DNA from: Gonapodya sp. JEL0774
Taxonomy: Eukaryota
Direction: 5' to 3'
Length of the DNA: 58,947 bases
Assembly: GCA_027604505.1 (NCBI GenBank)
Contig: JADIIX010000066.1
Span: 62,001 to 120,947, forward strand
Positions within the stretch are counted from its first letter, which is position 1. Every line of letters starts with the position of its first letter. Made by a program: the position numbers and the translations under genes. Of the stretch, positions 24,881 to 36,771 are shown piece by piece. The notes beneath the pieces were generated by a model, which was given only the letters and a program-made list of their open reading frames with translations, ran no database searches and had not been told where the DNA came from.

Positions 24881-26918
24881 ATGTCTGCCGCTCGAGAGTC
24901 GACCGTCTCTCTCGCCAACGCCCAGAACGCTTTGAAACGTCTCGTCACCGAGCCAATTCGAAAGCCCGAAAGCCCGCTGGTCCTTTTATCCAAACTCACC
25001 ATCCGCCAGTGGCTCGTATTTCTGGCAGCCTTCGCTGGATGGGCTCTGGACGCGATGGATTACTTCCTTCTCACCCTTGCCGTGGCCGACATTTCGAAAG
25101 AGTTCAACACCACGGATAGCGCGGTCACAAGCGCTATTACACTAACATTGCTCTTGCGTCCTGTGGGTGCTTTAATTTTCGGCTTAGCTGGAGGTGCGTT
25201 TTGGAGAAGTTTGTGGGGTTGTTGACAACTCTGTTAGTAATGACGTTTGTCACTGTCATCCAGATAAATGGGGTCGCCGCTATCCGCTAATGTTCAATGT
25301 GATTGTGCGTACAAAAATCGCCGTAGCACTTTCCAAGAAGTACTGTATTCACGTTCGCGCTTCTCTTTGCCAGATGTACTCGGTACTTGAACTCGCCACT
25401 GGATTCGTTCCAAACTTTGCAACTTTCTTGGGAGTGCGAAGCTTGTTTGGGATTGGTGGGTTTTCGTGAGATTTTCGGGTTGATCTGCTCACAGAGGCTT
25501 CTTTTGTTAACCACAGCAATGGGTGGTGAATGGGGCCTGGGTGCATCACTTGCGATGGAAGCAATTCCAGCCGAGTGTCGCGGTCTTTTTTCGGGTCTGT
25601 ATATTCCCACAACCGGTCCCTCCTCATCTTCCCTTTTAATCTGACATCGTCCTTCAGGCATACTGCAACAAGGATACGCCACTGGCAACCTCCTCTCCAC
25701 GGGCATATTCTCACTCGTGTACATGTACTACCCAAACAACTGGCGGGTCTTGTTCTACGTTGGCTGCTTCCCAGCGGTACTAATCATCATCATCCGGTTT
25801 GCCGTACCGGAATCCGAGGCGTACCACAACCAGCAAAAGCGCCGTGATGCAACACAATCAAACTTTTTGCGTGATCTTGGTGTTACAATGCGGCTTTATT
25901 GGCCCCGTGCGGTGAGCGTCTGCGCGTGTTTCCCAAGGTTTGGAGAATCACACACAAACAATTCAACCACCTCTGCAACGTTCATATCAAGATTTATTGT
26001 ATCTTCTTGATGTCGTTCTTTAATTTCTTCAGCCACGGATCCCAAGATCTCTTCCCTACTTACATAACCAAACAGCTTGGGTGGGTAATTGATACGTTCT
26101 ATGTCCACGAATCACCTGTTTTGACCAGAAGCAAACAGCTATTCTTCTTCAGACAAAGCCGCAACAGTTGCCATTAGCTCGACCGGAGCCATCATCGGTG
26201 GTACGATCGTCGGATATCTTGGCCAATACTTTGGCCGCCGGCGCGCCATCATCTTTTGCGCGTTCTGTGCTGGTTGCGTGATCTACCCATGGGCGTATTC
26301 GTCGAGCAAGGCCGGTTGGTTGTGAACGTGGTTTAAATTGGCGTGACACACACCCCTCCTCAGATCGAGTACATTGCGCCTGCAGGAATCCAGACCGCCG
26401 GTTTCTTCATGCAGTTCCTTGTCCAAGGCGCCTGTGAGTAGCAGTCACCACTTTCGAAATGCGTGCTCCCTCTCTGAACAATTCCGAATGCTACAACAGG
26501 GGGATGTGTTCCGTCTTATCTCACTGAGATTTCGCCACCAGCCATTCGGGCAACTTTCCCAGGACTGGTATATAACACGGGAAACATGATCTCCGCTGCG
26601 AGTGCCCAAATTGAAGCAACGATTGCTGACAACTACCCAACCAGTACGTATGGTTGTTTCCTGTATAATTCCCTGCCGTTACTCACGGCTCCCTATCTGC
26701 AATCTTCAGAGGACTACAAAGGGGCCCCTGTCCCCAACTACGCGCTGACGCAGGCGATTTTTATTGGTTGCACCGTCGTATGCTTGATCGTCACCATTGC
26801 CATCGGCGTCGAAGATCGAGACGCAAATTTGGTAACGGGTGAGCTTCAAGTAACGGTCATCGACGAGAACGAGAAGGCTTCGAAGGCGAAACTAATGGGA
26901 GATGATGACACTGTGTAA
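24881..26918 (+). CDS. JEN1: Carboxylic acid transporter (JEN1/SHS family MFS), multi-exon
   Basis: QWLVFLAAFAGWALDAMDYF, TLLLRPVGALIFGLAGDKWGRRYPLM, MGGEWGLGASLAMEAIP, LQQGYA, NFFSHGSQDLFPT, FPGLVYNTGNMISAASAQIE. Confidence 0.93.
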
Positions 26919-27101
26919 ATTTGGTATTTGTGTATTTGGTTTTAGAGAGAGACATGCTTGTACCTTCCGTAAATGTGTAAATCTTTGCACAGTACGCAAT
27001 AATGGCGCGATATGTAATAAGTACTTTGAGTTTCCTCCTCCCCATATTCCTCCTTCAACCGTTGTCGAACTCGCGTTCGCTTCCATCTAATTTTGAGCAG
27101 A

Positions 27102-28398
27102 TCACACCTCCCCTTCAGGCTGAATCCTCCATTGTTCCTTCCCACCACCAGCACTGCTTTTCAAAAATCCTGCAGCTCCTCCTACCCCACCGACCAGCCA
27201 TCCAACAGTACCCTTGACACCCTCCACACCCCACCGTAATCCCCCGTTCACTCTCTCCACAGCCCAACTCGCCGCAGCTCGCGCCACCTCCACAGGCGTC
27301 ATTTCGCCTCCCACATTGTCCCCGCCACCCGTAGTATCCCAGCCGCCGAGTGCCCAGGAGCTGCGCATGGAGAGCCACTTAGACTTCCCTTTCCGACTCT
27401 GCTTCCTTCGCTCCATCTCAGCTTGTGCATCCATTGCCGCGAAAACAAACAGTTTAAACTCGTTGTAGTCCAGTTCCTTGTTACCAGATACATCGAATTC
27501 GTCGAAAATACGGCGCACTGCTCGTCCCCCGAAGCCCAGCAGAGAACCCAACGTGGAAAACTCGGCGTGCGAGACGGCCTTGGAACCGTCTTCGTCGAGA
27601 AGCTCGAAACAGGTTCGCCAGTGACGGTACATGAAGGTTTTCGCTTCGTTGTCCTGTGTGAAATTGTTGGGTGTGTTGTTGTCGCAGTGTTGAGATGATT
27701 ATGACTATTCCGCGAACAACGAGGTGAGGTAAACTACTCACGTTGACGGCAACAAGAATGCACATAAGAAGATAAAACTATGTGGTATTGGTGGATACCG
27801 ATAGGCAGGGTTAGGCAAGACCACGGATGCATCGACAGGGTTGAGGCGAGGTGAGGTCATTCTCTGCACTGTGCAAATAACGGTGTGACATCCGCACTGC
27901 CCACTTACCTCGTCAAACTCTACGCTACCACTTCGGTCTAAATCAAAGACATCAAACACCCTTTCCACCTGACTTTGACTCAGATTTGTTGCGCTGCGCA
28001 GAAAACTCGCAAACTGGATGTCGTCCAAGCCACCCGTGCCACGACAGTCGAGGTAACGAAACAAGTGAAGTACGAGGTGCGCAGAGCGCGCTGTGAGTAC
28101 ACCTAGACAAGAGATAATTAACGGGGGAACATGCAAGAGTCAAGTTGGCCTTGCAATGCCAACAATCGCAAGACCAATAATCAATGTTGCAATAAATTAT
28201 TCCTTCCCCAGTTCCGTGAGACTCTGTGCGATAATGTTCTCTCATATTAGCCTCTTATTTCTTCGTTACTTGTTCATTCACCGCTTCCCAAGCCTCGAGA
28301 ACGCGATGCATTTACTCCGCATCACAGACCACCCTCTTGTCCTCACCATACTTTGGATCCAAGTGCAGCCGTTTAATAAATTGCCAGGTAACCTTCAT
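27102..28398 (-). CDS. EFCAB9: EF-hand Ca2+-binding protein, EFCAB9-like; exons 28398-28347, 28102-27909, 27777-27742, 27653-27102
   Basis: MKVTWQFIKRLHLDPKY/GVLTARSAHLVLHLFRYLD...TNLSQSQVERVFDVFDLDRSGSVEFDE/FYLLMCILVAVN/DNEAKTFMYRHWRTCFELLDEDG...FDEFDVSGNKELDYNEFKLF. This is colinear with the EFCAB9 motifs as I recall them (LYLD..Y, FYMLVC, FMYRHSRPVFDLLD, FRDFDITG...EFKL). Confidence 0.82.
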
Positions 28399-29012
28399 GG
28401 CAGGTTGGTTGAGGTAAACGCGACAGTTGTGAGGTTGTGGGGATTGTACGAGGCGCGGGCAAGGGAGAGGATCAGGGGAGGAAGCACCGCAATGAACGGA
28501 ATCTGCACTTTTCTTGATTTGCAGGAAAGATGAGAATTAATAAGAGCGGAGTGTGATCGGTGCGTGTGAAAGTTGGCATGCTTCGCCGATCGGGTTGCCC
28601 GGCCAGTATCGACAGGATCTCAGACATGGTCTTCAAGCTCCAATCCGGATGCGCTTCAAAGTATATGTATTGAATGGATTCAAAGGATTTCCCGGAATAC
28701 GTATCACATAAAATATCCACTCTAGTATCTCATACACAAATGGTCATAATAACTTCTGACAGGTGGAAGAAACAAGTAAAGTAGTGAATCGGAAGGTGCT
28801 TTGGGTGCCGTCATGCCATGGTATCGCTTCTTCTCATTCTCATAATAATGGATGATGTCGTTTTGCAGATAGTTCCCAAACGTTGCCAAATCGCTCTTCT
28901 GAAGACTTTGATGTCCAAACGGAATGCTTAAAAGATCCAGGAAATCCAATGCGTGTATCCAGACACTCTAGTAATCTTCCACCTCTCCCAATTCCACCCT
29001 GTGCCGAGGACC

Positions 29013-32000
29013 TCATCCCATGAACATCCTCAACACACCCACGACCAGATCCGCCTCCATTGCAATTTTACCCACATCAGTGGGCAAAATCGACGTCATA
29101 CTCCTTCCCAAGGGTGGCCTGCCGGTCTGCTCGCCTCCAGCTCCAGCTCCCCCTTGAGGTGCAAGACTCCTCGCCCGCTGCCTCGGCACTGAAAGTGCCC
29201 CTCCTGCCGCGTCCAACATTCCTTGTGACGGAAGGGACTTGCTCATGAGCCCGTCGGAAGACATGTCAACGGACGCACTGCGGGTCATACGAGCATCTGG
29301 GACGTATGTGGCGACCGAGTGCCGCTCCGAAGATGCTGCAGACGCCACTACGGATACGTTTGATATTGACACGGACGTATCAACGTCACTCTTGGGTGCC
29401 TCGGGAATCCTAAGCCTTGTTCGCTCACGTTCTCCGTCCCCAGCTGCCCCAGAATTGCCCGGTTCTGCGGAAGTTGCGATCGATGCTTCGCGCCTCGCTG
29501 CCCACAACGCCCTGCCCACGGCGTCTGAGGCAGTAGCGCGGCGCTTCGAAGGAATGGCAGAAGCACTGGAAGTTGTTCCTCCTTCCCCTCCTGTCGAGGC
29601 CGATGCCGCGGCGGAACGGGATTCATCCTATGTTTCCCGGTGATGCGTCGTCGAGAATTCCGTGGGGAAGGACGGGGTAAATGTGGACGGGAAAGGGGGG
29701 TGGGGGAGCAGACCAAAAAAAAAAGTTGAGGCCAGTCAGCCAATTAAATTCATGCCCGCGGAAACCAAATCAGGCTATCCATCATCCTCTTTTACGCTCC
29801 CCACCTCTCCATACCCGCTGTCTCCGCTCGTGCCGGCCCACCCGTAACCTCCGTACCCCGTCCGTCCCGTACGCGTTAATCCTTGATCCCCATCGCCGTC
29901 CGACGGAACCGCAAGAAATGATCTGGACGCCGCAGAGCCAGATCCGGATGCGGTATTGCTGGCGCGGGACCCAGTGGCAGACGTCGATCCAGCTGCCGAC
30001 GCGACTACCGATGGCGCTGCATGCCATCTCGCGAGCTCGGGAACTCCCTCAGCTGCCGCGGCTGCTACAGCGTCTTGCACACGTGCACGGGCAGAGGGTT
30101 CCGCGGACGGGGACGGAGGTGAATTGGACGGTGGCGAGCCAGTCATGGAGGTGGCTTCGCCATCTGTTGCAGGGATCGTAGTGGCTGATGAAGAGGCGGC
30201 TGGACATGTAGAAATTAGGGCGAAAATGATGTGGAATTGCGTTTAGCGCGGTTCAATGCAGAACTGATACGTGCGGCCTATTGAATTATATGTCCGGTTC
30301 TTCTTTTTAACTCACCTCTTAATGCCACAATCTTGCTGCTCAAATGCTCCACCACAACCACGACCTCACGTCTCAGGCCATCCACCTCCCTCCTCAATCT
30401 TGTTGCCTCCTTCTCTGCCGCATGTCTCCTTCCCCTCTCCTCCTCCACTCGATCTTCTGCTCTCTTTAATCGCTCCTCCATCTCCGCCAAATCTGCTTGC
30501 GCAACGCTCAATGCAGACGAAGACGTGCGTAAAAGAGATCGCATGAGGTGTAGCTGAGCCGTCGCGTGGCGGAGAGCCGAGGTGCGGAGCGCGAGTAGAG
30601 GCCGGAGTCGGGCCGAGAGACGTCGAAAGTGGTCCCGATCCGACTCAGCCTGTCGAAGAAGGAGATGAGTGGCGGTAGGGTCCGACGGTGCCGCAGGGGC
30701 GTGCGGGTGGGGAGAGCGATGCGAATGAGAGGACTGGGAGTGTGAGTGGTGGTCCTGTGCACGAGACTGGCTGTTTCCATTGCGATGCGCCTCAGTCCCC
30801 AAATCCCACGCAACACCCGCAGGTGCAGTTAACGACCTCGGTGACATGGATAGCGACCTCGCAGATGAAGTAACCGAAGTCGAAGAATGAACTGAAAGTG
30901 ACCGAGATGGTGCAGATGTGGAGTAGGACGGTGACGGAGGGGGTTGCGGGCCCCCACCAGACTTAGACGACTCGCGACGATTAGGGCGCGCTGTGCTGGG
31001 TCGCTGCCATAACTCCTCGATGGCTGGTTGGTCGATTGGTGCTACCTCATGCTGCGTAAGTACCAGATCTCCAGAGACGGTAAGTTCGGGTACAGAGCTT
31101 GTTTTTCGGATTTCGGGCACAATATGGGCACGGCCTCGGCGCAGCGCGGCGGCAGAGGGCGAGCCGGGGGGTGGGACTGTCGTGGGGTATTGGGAAGTGC
31201 GGATGGGTTTGGGAGATGGGCCACGGAGAGGGTGATTGGGTGCTCGGGGACGCTGTTTGGGATGAATTTGGTGAATGAGTACGAGTGAAGAAGTAAGTGT
31301 TCAAGAATGTGAGCGTGCTGTGCATCAGTCCCAGCCGCCTTCAGCTGACTAACACCAACAGAGAGGATGTAACAGAGGCCACCTGCTGGTGAGCACTACT
31401 CACCTTTAATCGCCTGTCCAGTGGATGTTGATGTGGTATGGGTCGAATTGGTATTGAATTCTGTTGAAATTCCGAGGGTGTATGTTCCAGACCTGAGGCT
31501 GGCGCTGAAACATGAATGGGGATGGGTATTGGCGAGGATGGAGGTTGTGACGTGCGGTATCCAGGTGGAGGTGGTGAATTGGTGGGTATTTGGGGGAGCG
31601 GACGTGGCGATGAGGGAGAAGAATTGTCGGGTGGAGGCGCATCGAGTAGTGGCGGTGGAGCTGATGGAACGGGAGCAGACCCGAGCAAACTTGTGCTCAA
31701 CTTGGGAGACGGGTCAGGGTCAAGTTTGAGGGAGATGATGGGAGGGTGCTGCGAGGAGGGCTGGTTCGATGTCAGTCATCGTTTGTTGTCACGTGATAAT
31801 CCTTCTGTTTGAGCGCCAAGTACATGGGATGTCTCAAACTTTCGACATGGTTCCCCTTCTCTATCTGGGACGCAAAATGTACAACGCAGCGTGATTGTAA
31901 TGACTGGCATCGGACACTCAGTGCGCCTCGCTTATCCGGCTTCTCAGAGTGCACTGCCTATCGTCCATACCTTCTTCGGTCTTCGATGTAGCACATTGCC

Positions 32001-32560
32001 ATTGACAGCACTCTCACAGGACCCCTCATTGCAAGTTAATCCAGTCAGGAACGAGCCCGACTCTGCTCACCTTGGTATTTCTCGCCAATACTGTTTCCGT
32101 GTGCACGTCCCACAAGTCATCCTCGTCGACAGCTAACCCTTCCTCATATCCATCTCGTTCCGATTCTTCCTCTCTCGAGTCTTCACTCGTGGTGCGACTG
32201 CTCCGACTCGTGCGGCTTTCTCGACTCGCATAACTTTTTTGAGTAGCCATACGCTCGAGGGAGGCGAGGGGACGGGAGCTCTCTCGAGGATCTGAGACTC
32301 CAATTCCAGCACCACCACTCAAAGAGTGCGACGTGTAACCAAGACCTAGCTCATCGTCTAGATCAGCATCGAGCTCGAGGTCCAGGTCACCGTCGAGATC
32401 CAAGTCCGGGTCAAGGTGCAGATAGCCATGGTGTTGGCTGGAGTCATTTACGGGGAAGCTAAAACCGAGTCCAAGCATACGGAGTCGCTTTTCAGCGATT
32501 TCTGCGCGCTGCTTCCAAGCATGGAGTTGGTCGGCTAGGGAGTCTGGTTGGGAGGTGGAG
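29013..32560 (-). CDS. Uncharacterised low-complexity protein with coiled-coil segments; multi-exon, 5' end unresolved
   Basis: Consecutive minus-strand ORFs bounded by gtgag/ag signals. Heptad-rich stretches LADQLHAWKQRAEIAEKRL and AQADLAEMEERLKRAEDRVEEERGRRHAAEKEATRLRREVDGLRRE. Ends ...KIAMEADLVVGVLRMFMG*. Confidence 0.55.
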
Positions 32561-33786
32561 GGAGTCGGGGGTGGCTGCGAGTGGTACAGTGATGGGATGT
32601 GAGAGATGAGAGATAGCCGACCGAAACAAGAAAATATCAGGACACAAGCTTCAAAACTCGATTGGACACGCATAACATTTATCTCGTCTGAGTGTTCGAA
32701 GCCAGTCCTTGTTCCCGTGTCAGTGACTCAACCTCAACCAGGTCCAGCAAACAGCCCGGACAATTTGGCTAGCATCAATATGCGATCGTCTTGAGATGGA
32801 GTTGCATTACGATTTCTCTTCGTGTCTTCCTCTTTCGCTCTCTGCAAGCGCCCGTTCACCCGTCCGACACAAACGTTTCACCATGTACCCCCAGCCCGTA
32901 AGACACACCTCACTCTCTTTGCCATCCCCGCCCTCTCCTCTGCTTTCGCTTTCACCCTTTATTACAGTCGACGCCTCATCTCTAGTGGAAGCCATCGTAT
33001 GTGGGGAATGCCGCAGGCAAGCCCAAATTGTAACCCCACACGTTGCACCAAGAAGCAGCGACGCCCGCCTTTTGTTCCCGTGACGAGCACTCGCAGCAAC
33101 TGAAAGGGGGGGAGGTAGATAGTCTGGACTTTCAAAGTATTTGGTTGGAAGTTAATTTTTGGAAAGTGGCGCCGCGAATTAGTGGACCCCCTTCACCAAG
33201 CAGAAACATGGGCTTAAGTCTGGAACACCGACAATCGGCTCCTAACTTGGGAACGTTTAGACTTTCGATATCTATCGTCAAGGATTGCAATGGACAATCA
33301 CCCCAGCTATCGAAGGACTGGGGCGAGTCGTTCCCCCCTCGGCTTATCATTCGTTCTGAAGATTAGAAACTACTGAGGCTATTCCTGCTGTATTCTGACT
33401 TGATCTGGGGTTCTCTTCGTAACCTCTGAAATGTCGGGCGCCGTGGATGCGGTGGAGGGTGATTTACTTTGGGGCTTTTGCCAATCACGGTAACCGCCAA
33501 GATCCCGAGCTACGCACCACTTGCGCGTCTTATAATCTCTTGTGTCGAGAGCATGCCCTGTGGACTCCTCAACCTCCTCGATTGGGACAGTGGCAATCAC
33601 CCCTTGTTACGAGCCCTGGAGCGACATTCGAACCCTGGAGCGAACTTAATCGCACTTGACTTGAGTCTTGATTCGGAGGATGGCCTACCGCTGGATGTGG
33701 ACTCGGAAGCACGCGAGGGACCATTGGTGATCAATCTTCGTTTATTGTCAAACCGTAATTTTCATGCCATTCTTCTTATGATAACT

Positions 33787-34701
33787 CTACAGCCTGGAGC
33801 TTTCCGCCGGATTAGTCGCTCTCCCACAGAAGAAGGGTCGCAACATGGATCCCCCAACAACATTTTCACTGTGTGTGCAACCGGCACATCAGCAAATGGG
33901 TCACACGACACAGAAGCAAACTCACAGCTCAGTCATGACTTCACATTCCACTTGTCCGTCCTTCCATACTTCTTGAATAATCGGAAGCAGGTCTCTGTTT
34001 AAGCAACAACCGTGGAACATCACCTTCCACACCGGATTGGCGCTCTCTTGCATCCATCGTCGCCAAGTGCCGTGGTTGTCCCCTTGGTGCTCAAGGAAGA
34101 TGAAAGTGCCTCCTGGCTTTAGAGACTGTTTGAGTAGGGAAACCACCCCAGCTGGATCGGCGACAGTACACAAGACGAGATTCGATATGACAAAGTCATA
34201 TTTTTGTGTCGACTGAGCCAGGTGCTCCGCCGGTTCTGTGAAAATTGCGAACTACGCGAAGCGCATTAGCTGATTGGTGGACTTCTAAAGAACATCATAC
34301 TCACGTTTTTCTTGGACTCTAAAAAGCCCGCGTCCTTGGCCGCTGCGAGCAAGGGCTCGCGCATGAGGGGATTGGGCTCCAGGCAATGCAATGTGACAAC
34401 ATTGGAATCAAGATAGTGACATGTTGAGCCGTGACCTGCGATTCACCCAGTTTGATTGAGTTGCCGAGTCCGGGAAGGGAAGACACCCACCGGCGCCAAT
34501 TTCGAGAACATCTCCAGCAACACCTTGGTATATTTTCTTCTTCCACAAACTCATGGCCTCATCCATTCTTGAATATTCGAAGAATGATGAGGGATCCGTG
34601 TGAACTGATTTAGAATTCCAGTGGACTTACTGAGGTCCGGCAGACGTCCATATCATGTTGAAAAGTTTATCTCCCACTGTAGGCACTGGTAGATTCGTCA
34701 T
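33787..34701 (-). CDS. Class I SAM-dependent methyltransferase (METTL7/TMT1-like)
   Basis: GDVLEIGAG (motif I), LEPNPLM, YDFVISNLVLCTVADP, LKPGGTFIFLEH, VMFHGCCLNRD. The spliced last exon ends ...FFCGRATNPAESSRL*. Confidence 0.88.
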
Positions 34702-35295
34702 TTTCGTACCGAGTGAAATGTAAAATTCAAGTTGTATCCGGACTATTCCTGGGACGTTTCATATCTTTCTTTTTGTGCCTGCTGAGGCCTAAGTTCTCAT
34801 AAGAGGCGGCGGTGATCACACGCTCGAAAATGCAGGGAAGTGATACGCACCGCCTTCTCGATTGAGGTAAATAGAGACGACTTAGAAAGCGGTGCTAGGT
34901 GCACAGTGCGGCGATTTGAATTTAAAAGGTCGAACATTCGCCGGTCCTTCTTTGTCGCTTTTCAGCGCGACACATTCGAGTGAAGCACTCCCCTTGTCCA
35001 GATCAATGTTTTCCCTTTGACCAGCAACTCCTATGATGAGAACTGAGTACATCCATATGGTGGTCTGCCGGGTAGTCTCTTCGTGTGTTTGGCACCTCAC
35101 AGGAATTATTTCACGCATTCTAGTAGTAGACTATACCCTTGAACAGCTAGTGCTTCTACACGACTGCTTCTGCACTTTTGCTGTGCAGGTTCCTTGTAGT
35201 TCCACTTCGCATCCATCGACAATCGTTGGATCGCACACATGAACTATTCGCGTACTTTCGCAATCTTTCCACTTCAAATCCACCGGCAGTCCAAT

Positions 35296-36584
35296 ATGGA
35301 TGTAAGCGCCAAACCTAGCCAAGTAACAGCTCAGGAACGCGAATCGATCAGGAAGATCCAGTTGCACCACTTGCTGAACCGCGAAACGTTGTCACCATTC
35401 TCGTACGACGAGTTTCGGGCCTTCTTACAGTCAGAGCACGCAGGAGGTAGAGTGATGCGAGCTCTTCTTGTCGAATAAGAAGATGAGCAGCTATTTAAGC
35501 CGAAATTGCCGAAATTGCGTCATCAATCGTTTCTGAACAAACTAGAAAACTTGGAGTTCTGGGAGAACATCCAAGACTACCACCGGGAAGCAGGTCCTTA
35601 CTACCGCTCTGGAGGGGTTTTAGCTACAACCAGTAAGTGTTGTGAACGCAAATGGGTCACCTTACACTTCAAAATCTCAAGATTATTGCAGGACTTCTCC
35701 ATCCCGACGCAGTCCTTGTACCAACAGGAATGCAAGCTCGTAGGGGTAGTTCCCGGCCCCGCCGTCAGTCTGGAGGCGCTTCTGATGCAGTCGCATTTCT
35801 GGATCGCCCTTACGACTCCAAAGCGGGTGATGCAGTCGGTCCCCTGTGCAACTTACCTCTTCCCAATCCCCCGGCTGGGTTCACAGTGAAACCCCGGGAG
35901 TCTTCTTACTTCCTTAGACGCTCCTCCGGAAGTCAAGCGGCGCTCAGTGCCCCAGATGTGCGCACGTTATGGGTTCCGAGGGTCAAAGTGGTCCAAAGCG
36001 CGAATTCCAACCAGCCTGTAGCAGAGCTCGTGTACGATGAGTATCTCCAAGCACTCGAGCCCAAGCATGATCACTCAGCGAGTGAGATAAGCCAGACCGA
36101 TAGCGAGAGGGAAAGGGAGGACGACAGGGAGCAAGCTCGGAGCAAGCTCAAAGCCGACCTGGACATTATCCTACTCATGTATTTCTCCGAGGTTCGCATG
36201 CTCTGGGACTTCTTGCTTCGTACAAAGCTGAAAATTTTGCTTTGCAGGAGTCTGATCGAGAGATCAACGTTCCGGCGAAGTTGAAGCGAGAACTCCACCA
36301 AGAGATCCTGCGGGAGAATTATCACCCAAGTATTTTCAAGCCTATCGTTGAGAATTTGTACCGTAAGTTTGCTTGATATTTTCTTTTGCAAGTTGATCAC
36401 AAACTTGGACAAACTCATTTGCTATGTAGTCTCGTTGAATGGCAATTTCCTACGTTTCAAGGCACAAGGTGAAGAAAAACTCAGCAGAGTTGCTCAAGAG
36501 GGTCGCCGAAACGAAGAAGGCTCATCAAAAAAAGGTTCCAAGAACCCAGGACGGACGTTCATGTCTTGGATAGCCACAAAGTGA
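35296..36584 (+). CDS. RGS-domain protein with a long insertion in the RGS fold
   Basis: LHHLLNRETLSPFSYDEFRAFLQSEHAG/ENLEFW, then ILLMYFSE/ESDREINVPAKLK...YHPSIFKP...LNGNFLRF. Confidence 0.82.
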
Positions 36585-36771
36585 AAGAGCTGAGCGGATA
36601 AAGAGAATGCAAGACGCTGTCATTGACACACAGCATGCTATGTTGGGTTTGTTTTATGCACGATAAAGGCGGTATATCAAAGTAGCATACTTGTGCGACT
36701 AAATACGAGTGATGCGGTTGAAATGACAGAACTGCGGTTGCTCCCGTCCGCACAAAATCGCGGTTGCATGT

